Shown in pieces: positions 10,366-20,501 of a stretch of DNA of 64,000 nt. Every line of letters starts with the position of its first letter. Position 1 is the stretch's first letter. Under the pieces are notes generated by a model. That model did no database searches. It was not told the DNA's origin and worked only from the letters and a program-made list of their open reading frames with translations. Position numbers and translations under genes: made by a program. The DNA lies in NCBI GenBank assembly GCA_963842525.1, contig CAWJGT010000006.1, forward strand, positions 128,001 through 192,000, in the 5' to 3' direction. Source of the stretch: an uncultured Holophagales bacterium (GTDB taxonomy: Bacteria > Acidobacteriota > Thermoanaerobaculia > Multivoradales > UBA5704).

Positions 10366-11227
10366 CTACCGCAGCCACTCCTCCAACTGCACCCGCTCAT
10401 CCGTCGACTCGTCCCGGTACTTGACGATCACCGGGGTGTAGAGCGACAGCCCCCAGTCCTTGCCGGCGCCGCGGGTGACGGCGCGGGAGCCGGGAACGAC
10501 CACGGCTTCCTCGGGGATCACCAGCGGGCCGTCCTCGGGAGCGCGGTGGATGGTCTCGCGGACGAGGTCGTAGATGGGGGTCGACCGGGTGAGGACGGTG
10601 CCGGCGGCGAGGACGGCGCGGCTTTTGACGATCGTGCCTTCGTAGACGCCGCAGTTGCCGCCCACCAGGACGTCGTCCTCGACGATCACCGGCAGGGCTC
10701 CGACCGGCTCGAGAACCCCGCCAAGTTGGGCGGCGGCCGAGAGGTGGACGCGCTTGCCGACCTGGGCGCAGCTCCCGACCAGGGCGTTCGAGTCGATCAG
10801 GGCGCCGTCGTCCACGTAAGCCCCGGCGTTGATGTACATCGGCGGCATGCAGGTGACCCCACGGCCGAGGTAGCAGCCGTCGCGGATCGAGGAGCCTCCG
10901 GGGACGATACGCACGCCGGAGCCGGCCCCGAGGCGGCGCAGCGGATAGGTGCTCTTGTCGAAGAAGGGGAGATGCGTCTCCGCCGGGATCCCCTACCGAC
11001 ATGTCCACGATCACACCCATGCGGAAGCCGAGGAGGATTCCTTGCTTGACCCAGGCGTTGACGCGCCAGCCGGAGGGCGCGGCCGGATCAGGCTCGGCCG
11101 CTCGCGCTTCGCCGCGGTTGAGGGCGCCCTTGAAGCGCTCGAAGGCTTCGAAATCGTCCGCCTGGTAGGAGCCCGGAGGATGCGCGTAGAGACGCTCGAT
11201 CTCCTCGCGCAGCTCCTCAAGCCCCAA
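10366..11227 (-). CDS. dapD: Tetrahydrodipicolinate N-succinyltransferase (frameshift near 10965-10990)
   Basis: [40 protein letters not shown], hexapeptide repeats. Confidence 0.9.
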
Positions 11228-12140
11228 ACAGCACCTCCTCGGGCTGCGCTGCGGCGGAGCCCGAGGCGATCAGGCCCAGGTCCTGGAGGATCTTCTCGAT
11301 CTTGCGCACGCTCTCGGGCCGCGGGTGGACGATCGGCAGGCGGTAGGCCGGCTCGATCAGGCCCATGAGAGCCAGCGCGGCCTTGGCCGGCCCCGGATTC
11401 GACTCGATGAAGTTGATCTCCATGAGGGCATGGAGCCGGCGGTGCAGCAGGAGGGCGGCGGCAAAGTCCCCTTCCAGGCAGAAGCGGGTCATGCGCGCCA
11501 TGGCGAAGGGGACCTCGTTCGAGGCCACCGAGATGACGCCGACTCCGCCCAGGGCGATCAGCGGCAGTGTGACGGCGTCGTCGCCGGAGAGCACGCGGAA
11601 GCCCTCGGGGACGATCTGGAGGATGGACGCCATCTGGGAGATGTTGCCGGAGGCCTCCTTGACTCCGATGACGGTCTCGATCTGGGCGAGGCGCGCGAGC
11701 GTCGCCGGGTCGACGTTCAGCCCGGTGCGGCCGGGCACGTTGTAGACCACGATCGGCAGGCGGCTGGCCTGGGAGACCGCCCGGTAGTGCGCGAACAGGC
11801 CTTCCGGCGTCGGCTTGTTGTAGTAGGGGGTCACGACGAGCAGGCCGCCGGCGCCGAGCGCCTCCAGCTCCCGGGCCAGCTCGACCACCTCGCGCGTGTT
11901 GTTTCCTCCACAGCCGGCGAGGACCGGGACCTTGCCCTTGGCCTCTTCCAGGGTGATCTCCACCACACGCAGGTGTTCCTTGCGGGTGAGGGTCGGGTTC
12001 TCGCCGGTGGTGCCGCAGGGGACCAGGAAGTGGATCCCGCTGTCGATCTGGCGGCGCACCAGCCGGCGCAGGGCCTCTTCGTCGAGGGACTGGTCCTGAC
12101 GGAACGGGGTGACCAGCGCGGTGCCGCATCCTTGGAACAT
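11217..12140 (-). CDS. dapA: 4-hydroxy-tetrahydrodipicolinate synthase
   Basis: GTTGE, TPYYNKP, YNVPGRTG, GVKEASG. Confidence 0.96.
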   Translation of the reverse strand: MFQGCGTALVTPFRQDQSLDEEALRRLVRRQIDSGIHFLVPCGTTGENPTLTRKEHLRVVEITLEEAKGKVPVLAGCGGNNTREVVELARELEALGAGGLLVVTPYYNKPTPEGLFAHYRAVSQASRLPIVVYNVPGRTGLNVDPATLARLAQIETVIGVKEASGNISQMASILQIVPEGFRVLSGDDAVTLPLIALGGVGVISVASNEVPFAMARMTRFCLEGDFAAALLLHRRLHALMEINFIESNPGPAKAALALMGLIEPAYRLPIVHPRPESVRKIEKILQDLGLIASGSAAAQPEEVLFGA

Positions 12141-12155
12141 GGTTTCCCTCGGTTT

Positions 12156-12860
12156 CTAGGATCGGATGACGTCTTCCCAGACGGAGCTGAATTCGTAGAC
12201 GCCGCGGCGGCCGATCATCCAGCGCGCGGCCCGCAGGGCACCGTGCGCGAACCCGGCGCGGCTGCGCGCCCGGTGCTCGAGGAGGATGGTATCAGCCTCG
12301 GAATCGAAACCGATCTGGTGGGTGCCGGGGATGGCGCCCGCCCGGTTGCTCGCCACGTCGATGCCGCGCGTCCATCCTGACTCCTCCAGGACGCGTCGGA
12401 TCTCCCGCGCCGTGCCCGAAGGGGCGTCCTTCTTCCGGCGGTGGTGGATCTCCCAGATCCAGGCGTCGTAGCCGCTCTCTCCGGCGAGCAGGCGGCCAGC
12501 CGCCTCGGCGAGCCGGTAGAAGACCTGGACTCCGATCGAGAAGTTCGCGCCGTGCAGGAAGCCGGCACCGTGCCGCTCGACGGCCTCCCGCACCCGCGGC
12601 AGCTCCTCGTGCCAGCCGGTGGTGCCGACGACCAGAGGGACGCCGAGCGCGGCGATCCGTTCGGCGTTGTCCGGCACCTCGACGGCGGTGGAGAAGTCGA
12701 TGGCCACGTCGATGCCGCGGAAGGCCTCCGCTGTGATCCCCGCCCCGCCGGCGTTGTTCGAGCTGTCCAGCCGGAGGGCCACCTCGAAGCGGTGCTCGGG
12801 AGCGAGCTCCTCGATCAGCTTGCCCATCTTGCCGTAGCCGACGATCGCCAGCCGGTTCAT
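12156..12860 (-). CDS. dapB: 4-hydroxy-tetrahydrodipicolinate reductase
   Basis: GYGKMG, VGTTGW, ANFSIGV, EIHHRRKKDAPSGTA. Confidence 0.96.
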   Translation of the reverse strand: MNRLAIVGYGKMGKLIEELAPEHRFEVALRLDSSNNAGGAGITAEAFRGIDVAIDFSTAVEVPDNAERIAALGVPLVVGTTGWHEELPRVREAVERHGAGFLHGANFSIGVQVFYRLAEAAGRLLAGESGYDAWIWEIHHRRKKDAPSGTAREIRRVLEESGWTRGIDVASNRAGAIPGTHQIGFDSEADTILLEHRARSRAGFAHGALRAARWMIGRRGVYEFSSVWEDVIRS

Positions 12861-14278
12861 GCGATCTCCTTTCCGGCGGAGCTGCCGAAGATCCGCTCGT
12901 GGAGCGCCGCGACCATGGCGGGGGACTCCTCCTCGCGCACCAGGCAGCGGACACAGGGAGCGGCCACGCCCTGTGTGACCAGGCGCGGCTCGAGCCCGCG
13001 CGCGGCCTCCAGGACCTGCGCGGCCAGCTCCGGATAGGTCGCCAGGTCGTCCGAGACCAGGGTGATGACCGCCAGGCCGGGAGCGAGCCGGATCTCGCCG
13101 AACTGCGACAGGGCGAAGTGGATCTCGAACAGGCGGTCCGGCCGGTCCAGGGCGAGCTCAATTTCCTCCTTGTGCCCCTCGCGCCCTTCGCGCACCGCGA
13201 GCACGAGGAGGGAGGGACGGAACCGCTCGCAGGCTTCGGCGATGCCGGGGACGAGGCCGTCTCCGCCGTCGGCTGTCACCGTGATCCGGCGCACGTTGGG
13301 CCGGCAGGTGATGGACCGGATGCCTGGCACGGCCTCCGGGTCGCGCCGCCCGATCAGGGTTCCTCGGCCCTCTCCCCCGCGCCCCGCATCGAGCTGAGGA
13401 TTCCAGGAGTCGAGGATGCGGATGGGCACACCCGCCCGGCTCGCGGGTCCGAGGGTGCCGTAGTGTGGCTTCTTGGCCCCGGAGCAGGCGAGCTCCAGCG
13501 CTTCGCCGAAGGAGAGGGTCCGGATGAGCCGCGCTCCGGGGACCACTCGCGGGTCCGCGGTCAGCAGGCCCGCCACGTCTGTCCAGATCTGCACCTCTTC
13601 GGCTCCCAGCGCGGCGCCTACAATGGCGGCGGAGAAGTCGGAGCCTTCCTTGCCCAGGGTGGTGGGGACGCCCTCTCGTGTCGCGCCCACATAGCCGCCG
13701 AGCACCGGCACTCGGCCGGCCTCGACACAAGGGCGGAGGGCTGCGCGCAGGCGGGGCTCGGTCTCTTCGTAGAGCGGCAGGGCACGGGTGAAGGCGTCGT
13801 CGGTGATCATGACCTCGCGGCAGTCGATCCAGAGGGATGCGATGCCATCTCCGGCGCAAGTGGCGCGGTCCAGGGCCAGCGACAGGATCGCGCTGGACAG
13901 CAGCTCGCCGCAGCCCGCCACGGCATCCGCGGCCTGGGGGGTGACCCGGCCGGTCGCGGCGATCACCTCGATCCGCTGCCGCAGGTCGCCGAAGTCCCTC
14001 GCCAGCACCTCGTCGAGCCGGGCCCGGCCGGCAGGGGAGAGCAGGGGAGAGGCCTCGCGCCAGTGATATTCGCGCATCTCGGCGAGGATGTCGAAAGCCA
14101 GGGCGAGGTCGCCCGCCGCGGCAGCGTCGGCGCATTCGAGGAGGTGCCGCGTCGTCTTGCCCATGGCCGAGACAACGACCACGGGCCGGCGCTCGAGCTG
14201 TCCGCGCACGATGCCCAGGACGCGCCGGATCGAATCGGCGGAGCCCACCGAGCTGCCGCCGAATTTGAGGACGATCAA
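12857..14278 (-). CDS. lysC: Aspartate kinase
   Basis: VLKFGGSSV, VVSAMG, TTLGKEGSDFSA, WTDVAG. Confidence 0.93.
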   Translation of the reverse strand: MIVLKFGGSSVGSADSIRRVLGIVRGQLERRPVVVVSAMGKTTRHLLECADAAAAGDLALAFDILAEMREYHWREASPLLSPAGRARLDEVLARDFGDLRQRIEVIAATGRVTPQAADAVAGCGELLSSAILSLALDRATCAGDGIASLWIDCREVMITDDAFTRALPLYEETEPRLRAALRPCVEAGRVPVLGGYVGATREGVPTTLGKEGSDFSAAIVGAALGAEEVQIWTDVAGLLTADPRVVPGARLIRTLSFGEALELACSGAKKPHYGTLGPASRAGVPIRILDSWNPQLDAGRGGEGRGTLIGRRDPEAVPGIRSITCRPNVRRITVTADGGDGLVPGIAEACERFRPSLLVLAVREGREGHKEEIELALDRPDRLFEIHFALSQFGEIRLAPGLAVITLVSDDLATYPELAAQVLEAARGLEPRLVTQGVAAPCVRCLVREEESPAMVAALHERIFGSSAGKEIA

Positions 14279-14326
14279 CCCTCACCCTCCATCGGCGTTA
14301 ACTCAAGAGGAGATGCCTCGCTCCCT

Positions 14327-14438
14327 CGCCCAGGGTTCACACCCTGGGCTACCGAATAGCGCCCTCCGGGCTCGAAGTGCCCGGAATTCGAGAGCCCGGA
14401 GGGCGGAACTGGGTAGCCCCGGGTGTCAACCCGGGGCG
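14327..14438. repeat. REP-like palindromic element
   Basis: Nested hairpins CCCAGGG-TTCACA-CCCTGGG, GCCCTCCGGGCTC...GAGCCCGGAGGGC, CCCCGGG-TGTCAA-CCCGGGG. Confidence 0.7.
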
Positions 14439-14447
14439 TTCGTGCGG

Positions 14448-15500
14448 TCATCGCTGAATCAATCCTTCGCTGTGCATCAGCTCGGCATTGAGGAGCGCCG
14501 CGCCGGCCGCCCCGCGCAGGGTGTTGTGCGAGAGCGCGACGAGCTTGTAGTGGAAGACCGGACAGTCGCGGACCCGGCCGACCGCGGCGGCCATGCCGCG
14601 CTCCAGGCCGGAGTCTTTGCGCGTCTGCGGCCGGTCCGGTGCCTCCAGGACGTGGATGGGCCGGCGCGGCGCCATCGGCAGCTCTCGCTCCTGAGGTATG
14701 CCACGGAAGTCGCGGAGCGCGGCGAGGAGGTCCTCCCGGGCCGGCTTGCTGTCGAACTCCAGGCTCACCGTCACCAGGTGGCCGTCGATGGCCGGCACCC
14801 GGGTGCAGGTGGCGCTGATCGTCATGGGCAGCGGCCGGATCGCTCCGCCGTCCAGGTTGCCCAGGATCTTCTGGGTCTCGCTCTCCACCTTCTCCTCCTC
14901 GCCGCCGATGTAGGGGATGACGTTGCCGAGGATGTCGAGCGACGGCACGCCGGGATAGCCGGCGCCGGAGACGGCCTGGAATGTGGTCACCACGGCCCTG
15001 CGCAGCCCGAAGGGCCGGAGCGGGGCGAGAGGCAGGACAAGGGAGACCGCCGCGCAGTTCGGGTTGGTCACCAGCGCTCCCTCCCAGCCGCGCTCCTGCC
15101 GCTGGATCGGCAGCAGGCCGAGATGGCCGGGATTGATCTCGGGGACGAGCAGCGGCACGTCCGGCGCCATGCGGTAGTGGCTGGAGTTGGAGACCACGAT
15201 GTGGCCGGCTCGGGCGAAGTCGCGTTCGATGTCGCCGGCGAGCGACGAGGCCATGGAGGAGAAGACCAGCCGCGGGCCGCGCCCCGGGACGCACTCCTCC
15301 ACGATCCGGTCGGCCGCCGTGGCCGGAGGCGCCCCCTCGAGCTGCCAGGACGTCGCCTCGCGGTACGGCTTGCCGGCGCTGCGGTCGCTCGCCGCCAGCC
15401 AGCGCGCCTCGAACCAGGGGTGGTCCTCCAGGAGCTGGACGAAACGCTGGCCCACCGTGCCGGTGGCACCCAGGATGCCGACCTCGATTTTCTGGCTCAT
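14448..15500 (-). CDS. asd: Aspartate-semialdehyde dehydrogenase
   Basis: GATGTVGQ, PLLVPEIN, NPNC, QAVSGAG, HNTLRGAAG. Confidence 0.96.
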   Translation of the reverse strand: MSQKIEVGILGATGTVGQRFVQLLEDHPWFEARWLAASDRSAGKPYREATSWQLEGAPPATAADRIVEECVPGRGPRLVFSSMASSLAGDIERDFARAGHIVVSNSSHYRMAPDVPLLVPEINPGHLGLLPIQRQERGWEGALVTNPNCAAVSLVLPLAPLRPFGLRRAVVTTFQAVSGAGYPGVPSLDILGNVIPYIGGEEEKVESETQKILGNLDGGAIRPLPMTISATCTRVPAIDGHLVTVSLEFDSKPAREDLLAALRDFRGIPQERELPMAPRRPIHVLEAPDRPQTRKDSGLERGMAAAVGRVRDCPVFHYKLVALSHNTLRGAAGAALLNAELMHSEGLIQR

Positions 15501-15516
15501 CGCTCTCCTCGCGCTG

Positions 15517-16557
15517 CTACATACCGCCTGTGCCGCGGCTTTGCAAGCCTCGAACCACGTCCTGATAGAGCCGCACGGCCTCGACGAGCTCCCGCTTGGC
15601 GATCCGCTCCTCCGGCGTATGGGCGACGTGGATGGTCCCGGGGCCCAGGAGGAAGGGCTCTCCCCAGTGGCCGAGATGGGGGACGTCGGTCGTGTATTTG
15701 ACCACGGTCGTCGCGAACCCTGGGAGAGAGCCGAGCCGCATGGCCGGCGTCTCCCGGATCTGGGCGATGCGGACCCCGTGCTCCCCCTCGATCGCGGCCC
15801 GCAGGCTTGCGCGCAGCTCTGTCGTCTCGCCGACCGTGCGGACCAGCACCTCGGCCCGCGCCTCGTCGGCCACCACGTTGGCGGCCCGTCCGCCCGCGAT
15901 CGTGCCGACGTTCAATGTCGTCTCGCCGAGCACGGGGTCCGTGGGGAGCGGGACCTCCCTGAGCCGGCCGAGAGCCGCGAGCAGCCGGTCGATCGCCGAC
16001 GCCCCGAGCTCCGGATAGGCCGAATGGGCCGCCTTTCCCTCGGCCTCGACGACGAGGTAGAGGACTCCTTTGGAGCCGAGGGCGAGCCGGTTCTCCGTGG
16101 GCTCGCCGTTGACCAGCCAGCGCGAGCCTCGGGGTCTGCGGTCCGCCACCTGGGCACCGAGGCTGTCGGTCTCCTCGCCGACCACGAGCAGGAGACCGAA
16201 GCCGCGCGCCTGTTCGGCAAGCAGCTCCTCGATCGCCTTGATCATGGCCGCGATCGCCCCTTTGGTGTCGCACGCCCCGCGGCCATGGATGTGCTCTTCG
16301 TCCTCCGACGAGGGGAAAAACGGGGGGACCGTATCGATGTGGGTCGAGAGGACGATCTCCGGCTGGCCCCAGGATGCGAACAAGTTGAACCGGTCTTCCG
16401 CCACCGGCATGCGCTCGACCGTGCCGCCAGTCCGCTCCGCAAGAGCGCTCAGGTGATCGAAGAGGAAGTCGCCGACCGCACGCTCCCGTCCGGTGACCGA
16501 GTCGATGTCGATCAGGGCACGGGTGAGCTGGAAGAGGTCGAGCTGCGAGGGGCTCAC
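15517..16557 (-). CDS. M20-family metallohydrolase (DapE/ArgE-like)
   Basis: THIDTV, GRGACDTKG, GEE, GEPT, AHT motifs; sits in the lysine cluster. Confidence 0.85.
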   Translation of the reverse strand: MSPSQLDLFQLTRALIDIDSVTGRERAVGDFLFDHLSALAERTGGTVERMPVAEDRFNLFASWGQPEIVLSTHIDTVPPFFPSSEDEEHIHGRGACDTKGAIAAMIKAIEELLAEQARGFGLLLVVGEETDSLGAQVADRRPRGSRWLVNGEPTENRLALGSKGVLYLVVEAEGKAAHSAYPELGASAIDRLLAALGRLREVPLPTDPVLGETTLNVGTIAGGRAANVVADEARAEVLVRTVGETTELRASLRAAIEGEHGVRIAQIRETPAMRLGSLPGFATTVVKYTTDVPHLGHWGEPFLLGPGTIHVAHTPEERIAKRELVEAVRLYQDVVRGLQSRGTGGM

Positions 16558-17434
16558 CGCTTCACGTCCACCACCAGCCGTGGCGGGTCGGCGAGCTCGA
16601 GGACCCGGTAGGGCTGGCGGCCGGCGAGGCCGAGGACCCAGGTGACGTCGGCTTCGAAGTCGCAGGTCGCCTGCAGCTCTTTGAGGGCCTTCAGGTCGAC
16701 CTTCCTTTCGAGGGTCCCGACGGTCGTCCCTCCCTGCTCGTTGTGGGCCTGGGCGGGACGGATTTGCACCTCCAGCCAGGCCGTGCCGGCGATGTCCGCA
16801 GGCATGCCGGAGCCGCAGTGGGCGGGATGCTCCGCATAGCCGACCCGGTAGCCCGGCAGGGGCCCCGGCTCGAATTCGAAGACGGCGCGGTCGAAGCCCT
16901 CCTGCGGCCCGGTACGGACGTCCTTGAGGACCGCGATGCCCTGGTCCTTGCCGGGCTTCACGACCTCGTCGGTCCCCCCGGAGAAGTCCTTGGGAGCGGT
17001 GTCTCCCGGCTCTTTGAGCGGAGCCGCGGGCACCGCGGCTCGGCCGAGCCTTGAGACCAGCACGATCTCCGCCGCGGTCGCCTGCACGGGGTAGGATTCG
17101 CGCACCGGCCCCTCGAAACGGGCCTCCACCCGGTCCCCGAGAGCCAATCCTGGAAGGTCAGCTCCCCGGCTCCCTCCTGGCGGATGCGGGTTTCGGGCGT
17201 CACGGTGACGACTGCCTTGTCGAAGCGGGTGTCCGCCTGCCGGCCCCCTTCGATGCGGATGGTCCCGAGGCCCCCTCCCGCCTCTCCCGCGGGGGTGATC
17301 GCGGTAATGGCGCCCCGGATGTCCGGTCCAGCCGGCGGCGCTTCGGTCTCGGAGGACCCGCAGCCGGCGAGCAGCACGCCGGAGAGGCTCAGGGCGAGGA
17401 GGGCTCGGCACATGCCGGCAATATACATCCTCAT
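16554..17434 (-). CDS. Lipoprotein, DUF3221-like N-domain plus AMIN-like C-domain (frameshift near 17145; start may be 17413)
   Basis: Lipobox LLAGC; GPVRESYPVQATA; FDRAVFEF...PPRLVVDV. Confidence 0.6.
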
Positions 17435-17451
17435 CGGATAAGATCGTGCCC

Positions 17452-18237
17452 ATGATCCAGATCGATTTGCAGGGCAAGCGCGGGCTCGTGATGGGCGTGG
17501 CCAACTCCCGCAGCTTGGGATGGGCGATCGCCGAGAGGCTCCAGGCCGCCGGCGCGGAGCTGGCGTTCAGCTACCAGGGGGAGCGCCTCAAGGAGGACCT
17601 CGAGAAGCTCACCCGGGACATGCCGGGCACGCGGCTCTACCAGTGCGACGTGACACGGGAAGAAGAGCTGCAGGCCATGTTCGCCGACCTCCAGGCAGGC
17701 TGGGGCGGCCTCGACTACGTCGTCCATTCGATCGGCTTCGCTCCCCGCGCCGCCATGGACGGCCGCTACATCGAGACGACGCGCCAGGACTGGATCACGG
17801 CCCTGGAGATCTCGGCCTACTCGCTGGTCGCCGTGGCCCGCGCCGCCGAGCCTCTCCTGCGCGAGGGAGGCGGCCTCATCACCTTGACCTACTATGCGGC
17901 CGAGAAGGTGGTGCCCAAGTACAACGTCATGGGCGTCGCCAAGAGCGCGCTGGAGGCGAGCGTCCGCTATCTGGCCTACGAGCTGGGCAAGAAAGGCGTG
18001 CGCGTCAACGCCGTGTCGGCCGGCCCGGTACGCACGGTCGCGGCGCGCAGCATCCCGGGGTTCATCAAGATGTACAACCGGGTCGGCGAGATGTCGCCGC
18101 TGGGCCGCAACGTGACCCACGAAGAGGTGGGAAACCTCGGCGTGTTCCTGCTGTCGCCGCTGGCCGCGGGGATCACCGGCGAGACCGTCTACGTCGACGC
18201 CGGCTATCACATCATGGGCATGGAGCTGGGAGAGTAG
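17452..18237 (+). CDS. fabI: Enoyl-ACP reductase
   Basis: GVANSRS, VHSIGFAP, YNVMGVAKSALEA, AGPVRT. Confidence 0.95.
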   Translation: MIQIDLQGKRGLVMGVANSRSLGWAIAERLQAAGAELAFSYQGERLKEDLEKLTRDMPGTRLYQCDVTREEELQAMFADLQAGWGGLDYVVHSIGFAPRAAMDGRYIETTRQDWITALEISAYSLVAVARAAEPLLREGGGLITLTYYAAEKVVPKYNVMGVAKSALEASVRYLAYELGKKGVRVNAVSAGPVRTVAARSIPGFIKMYNRVGEMSPLGRNVTHEEVGNLGVFLLSPLAAGITGETVYVDAGYHIMGMELGE

Positions 18238-18281
18238 AGCCCACCGGCTCCGGCTCGCCTCCGGCTTGAGCTCTGCACACG

Positions 18282-18599
18282 TCACTGCGCAGGGTCGGTG
18301 CCCTCCGGATTTGTCATCAGGCTATTCGGCGGTAGATCCGGGTTGGGGAGGCAGAGGAGGGGAGCACCGTTCGGATCGATACCGCAGCCCGCCGCCTGCC
18401 AGGAGTGGTCGATCTTGGGCTCGCCGGTGGAGGCCAGCGACCAGGCGCGGACCAGCCAGTCGATCACGAGATCGAGGGGCCCTACCGAGCTCGAAGACCT
18501 CCAGGAGGCGTGGCCGGAGGCGAAGGACAGAGAGGGGAGCAGCAGCAGGGAGAGCGCCAGGATCGCGGCCATGGCGCAACGACGACGTCGGTGATTCAT
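18282..18599 (-). CDS. Small secreted protein/peptide precursor with a GCGIDPNG motif (105 aa)
   Basis: AAGGAG RBS; basic N-terminus plus hydrophobic signal peptide; W-rich amphipathic helix; motif shared with 50647-51012. Confidence 0.7.
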   Translation of the reverse strand: MNHRRRRCAMAAILALSLLLLPSLSFASGHASWRSSSSVGPLDLVIDWLVRAWSLASTGEPKIDHSWQAAGCGIDPNGAPLLCLPNPDLPPNSLMTNPEGTDPAQ

Positions 18600-18729
18600 G
18601 GATTTTTGTCTCCTTCCAGCAATGGAATTCATGACACGAAAAACCGGCGCGCGGCCGGAGATACGCCTCTTTCTCATCCAATAAGTGCCGCGAGGACCGA
18701 AAAGAGAGCCGATCGATATACTCCCGCGG

Positions 18730-19785
18730 ATGCAGACGACTGTGCAGGCCCTGATCCTGGCGGGCGGCAGCGGAACGCGGTTCTGGCCATTGTCCCGCAA
18801 GCACCGCCCCAAACAGCTCCTCGCCCTGGAAGGGGATCGTACGCTCCTTCGCGATACGCTGGAACGCCTCCAGCCGCTCATCCCCCCGGATTCGGTGTGG
18901 ATCTGCACGACGCGCTCCCTGGCCGAGGAGGTCCGCCGCGAGGTGCCGGAGGTGCCGGCAGCCCAGATCCTGCTCGAGCCGCAGGGCAGGAACACCGCCC
19001 CGGCGATCGGCTGGTCGATCCGCTCGATGCCCGAGGAGGCGCGGCGCGGCGTGGTGGCCGTGCTCCCCGCCGACCACCGGTTCGGCGATCCGGCCGGCTT
19101 TCGCGATGTCCTGGCCAAGGCTGCCGGCGTGGTCGAACGGGAGGACCTCGTGATGGCTCTGGGCGTCACGCCGCGCCGCCCCGAGACCGGCTACGGCTAC
19201 CTGGAGCTGGAACCCGAGACCCGGCCGGACGGCCTGCGCCGGGTCCGCCGCTTCGTGGAGAAGCCCACCGCGGAGAAGGCCGAAGAATACCTCCGCTCCG
19301 GAAGGTATCTGTGGAACGCCGGCATCTTTCTTTTCCGCGGGACGACCCTGCTCGATCTCCTCGCACGGTTCGCGCCCGAGCTCGCCCGCGGTCTCGAGGA
19401 GATCGCCGCCGATCCGGGCCGCCTCGACGAGCTCTACGCCCGCCTGCCGTCCGACTCGATCGACTACGCCGTCATGGAGAAGCTGGACGGTATTTTCACT
19501 ATATCGCTCGACTGCGGCTGGAGCGACCTCGGCTCCTGGGAGGCTCTGGACGAGGTGCTGCCGCCTGACGACCAGGGCAACGCCGGGCGCGGTGACCGGC
19601 TGGCCATCGAGGCGGAGGGGAACCTGCTGTTCTCCGACGCCGGGACGATCGCCGTGCTGGGCGTGCGTGACCTCGTCGTCGTGCGCACCGGCGACGCGGT
19701 GCTGGTGATCCCCAAGGAGCGCTCCCAGGAGGTGCGGAAGATCGTCGCCGAGCTCGCCGCCCGCGGGCGCGAGGACCTGCTTTGA
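18730..19785 (+). CDS. manC: Mannose-1-phosphate guanylyltransferase
   Basis: ILAGGSGTRFWPLSR, EPQGRNTAPA, ETGYGY, FVEKP, SIDYAVME, WSDLGSW. Confidence 0.93.
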   Translation: MQTTVQALILAGGSGTRFWPLSRKHRPKQLLALEGDRTLLRDTLERLQPLIPPDSVWICTTRSLAEEVRREVPEVPAAQILLEPQGRNTAPAIGWSIRSMPEEARRGVVAVLPADHRFGDPAGFRDVLAKAAGVVEREDLVMALGVTPRRPETGYGYLELEPETRPDGLRRVRRFVEKPTAEKAEEYLRSGRYLWNAGIFLFRGTTLLDLLARFAPELARGLEEIAADPGRLDELYARLPSDSIDYAVMEKLDGIFTISLDCGWSDLGSWEALDEVLPPDDQGNAGRGDRLAIEAEGNLLFSDAGTIAVLGVRDLVVVRTGDAVLVIPKERSQEVRKIVAELAARGREDLL

Positions 19786-20501
19786 TCCAGCCGGTCCGGG
19801 TGGCCACCGCCGCCGGCGAGCGGGGCCTCGCCGGGCTCGCCGCCCCCCTCCCGCTCAGCGCGCTGGTGCCGGGGAACGGGGCCTGGGAGGTGGAGGTGGG
19901 CTACGGCAAGGGGCGTTATCTCCTCCGCCGCTGCCAGGACGACCCGGACCGGCGCTTCCTCGGCGTCGAGCTCGCCGCCGAGTACTACCAGACCTTCGTC
20001 GACCGCGCCCGGCGGCACGCCCCCGGCAACTGGACGGCCCTGCGCGGCGAGGCCCTCTCGCTGCTCTCCGCGGTGCTGCCCGTCCGCTTCGCGGACGCGG
20101 TGCACGTCTACTTCCCCGATCCCTGGCCCAAGAGCCGCCATCACAGGCGCCGGCTCTTCGACCCAGAGACAGTCGACCTCGTGCTGGGGCTGCTGCGCCC
20201 CGGCGGCCGTCTCTTCTTCGCCACCGACTTCCTGGCCTATGGCGAGGTGGTCGCGGAGATCCTGGAGACCTACCCGGGCCTGCGCGTCGCGCGGCGTGAC
20301 CGGCCCTGGGACGAGGGGCCACGCACCAACTACGAGGCGAAGTACCTCGAGGAGGGGCGGCCGATCCTCCGCCTCGAAGCGACGCTCGGCGAGCCCGGCG
20401 AGATCGGCGAAATTGGCTCCGGCGCCGAGCTCCATCCGCGCGGCGCCCGCGGCGTGCTGGCCGCGTGGCAAGGCGAGGAGGAGAGCGCCGCCGATGGATG
20501 A
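19782..20501 (+). CDS. trmB: tRNA (guanine-N7)-methyltransferase
   Basis: EVGYGKG, FPDPWPKSRHHRRR, ATD, TNYE. Confidence 0.88.
   Translation: MIQPVRVATAAGERGLAGLAAPLPLSALVPGNGAWEVEVGYGKGRYLLRRCQDDPDRRFLGVELAAEYYQTFVDRARRHAPGNWTALRGEALSLLSAVLPVRFADAVHVYFPDPWPKSRHHRRRLFDPETVDLVLGLLRPGGRLFFATDFLAYGEVVAEILETYPGLRVARRDRPWDEGPRTNYEAKYLEEGRPILRLEATLGEPGEIGEIGSGAELHPRGARGVLAAWQGEEESAADG

Noticed and set aside
9417-10539. Diversity-generating retroelement TR/VR pair (gene-end duplicate plus an RT in the window)
   Set aside because: Only 4 of the 10 mismatches have A in the distal copy on the coding strand, most are synonymous, and the RT is a group II intron maturase with domains V/VI.
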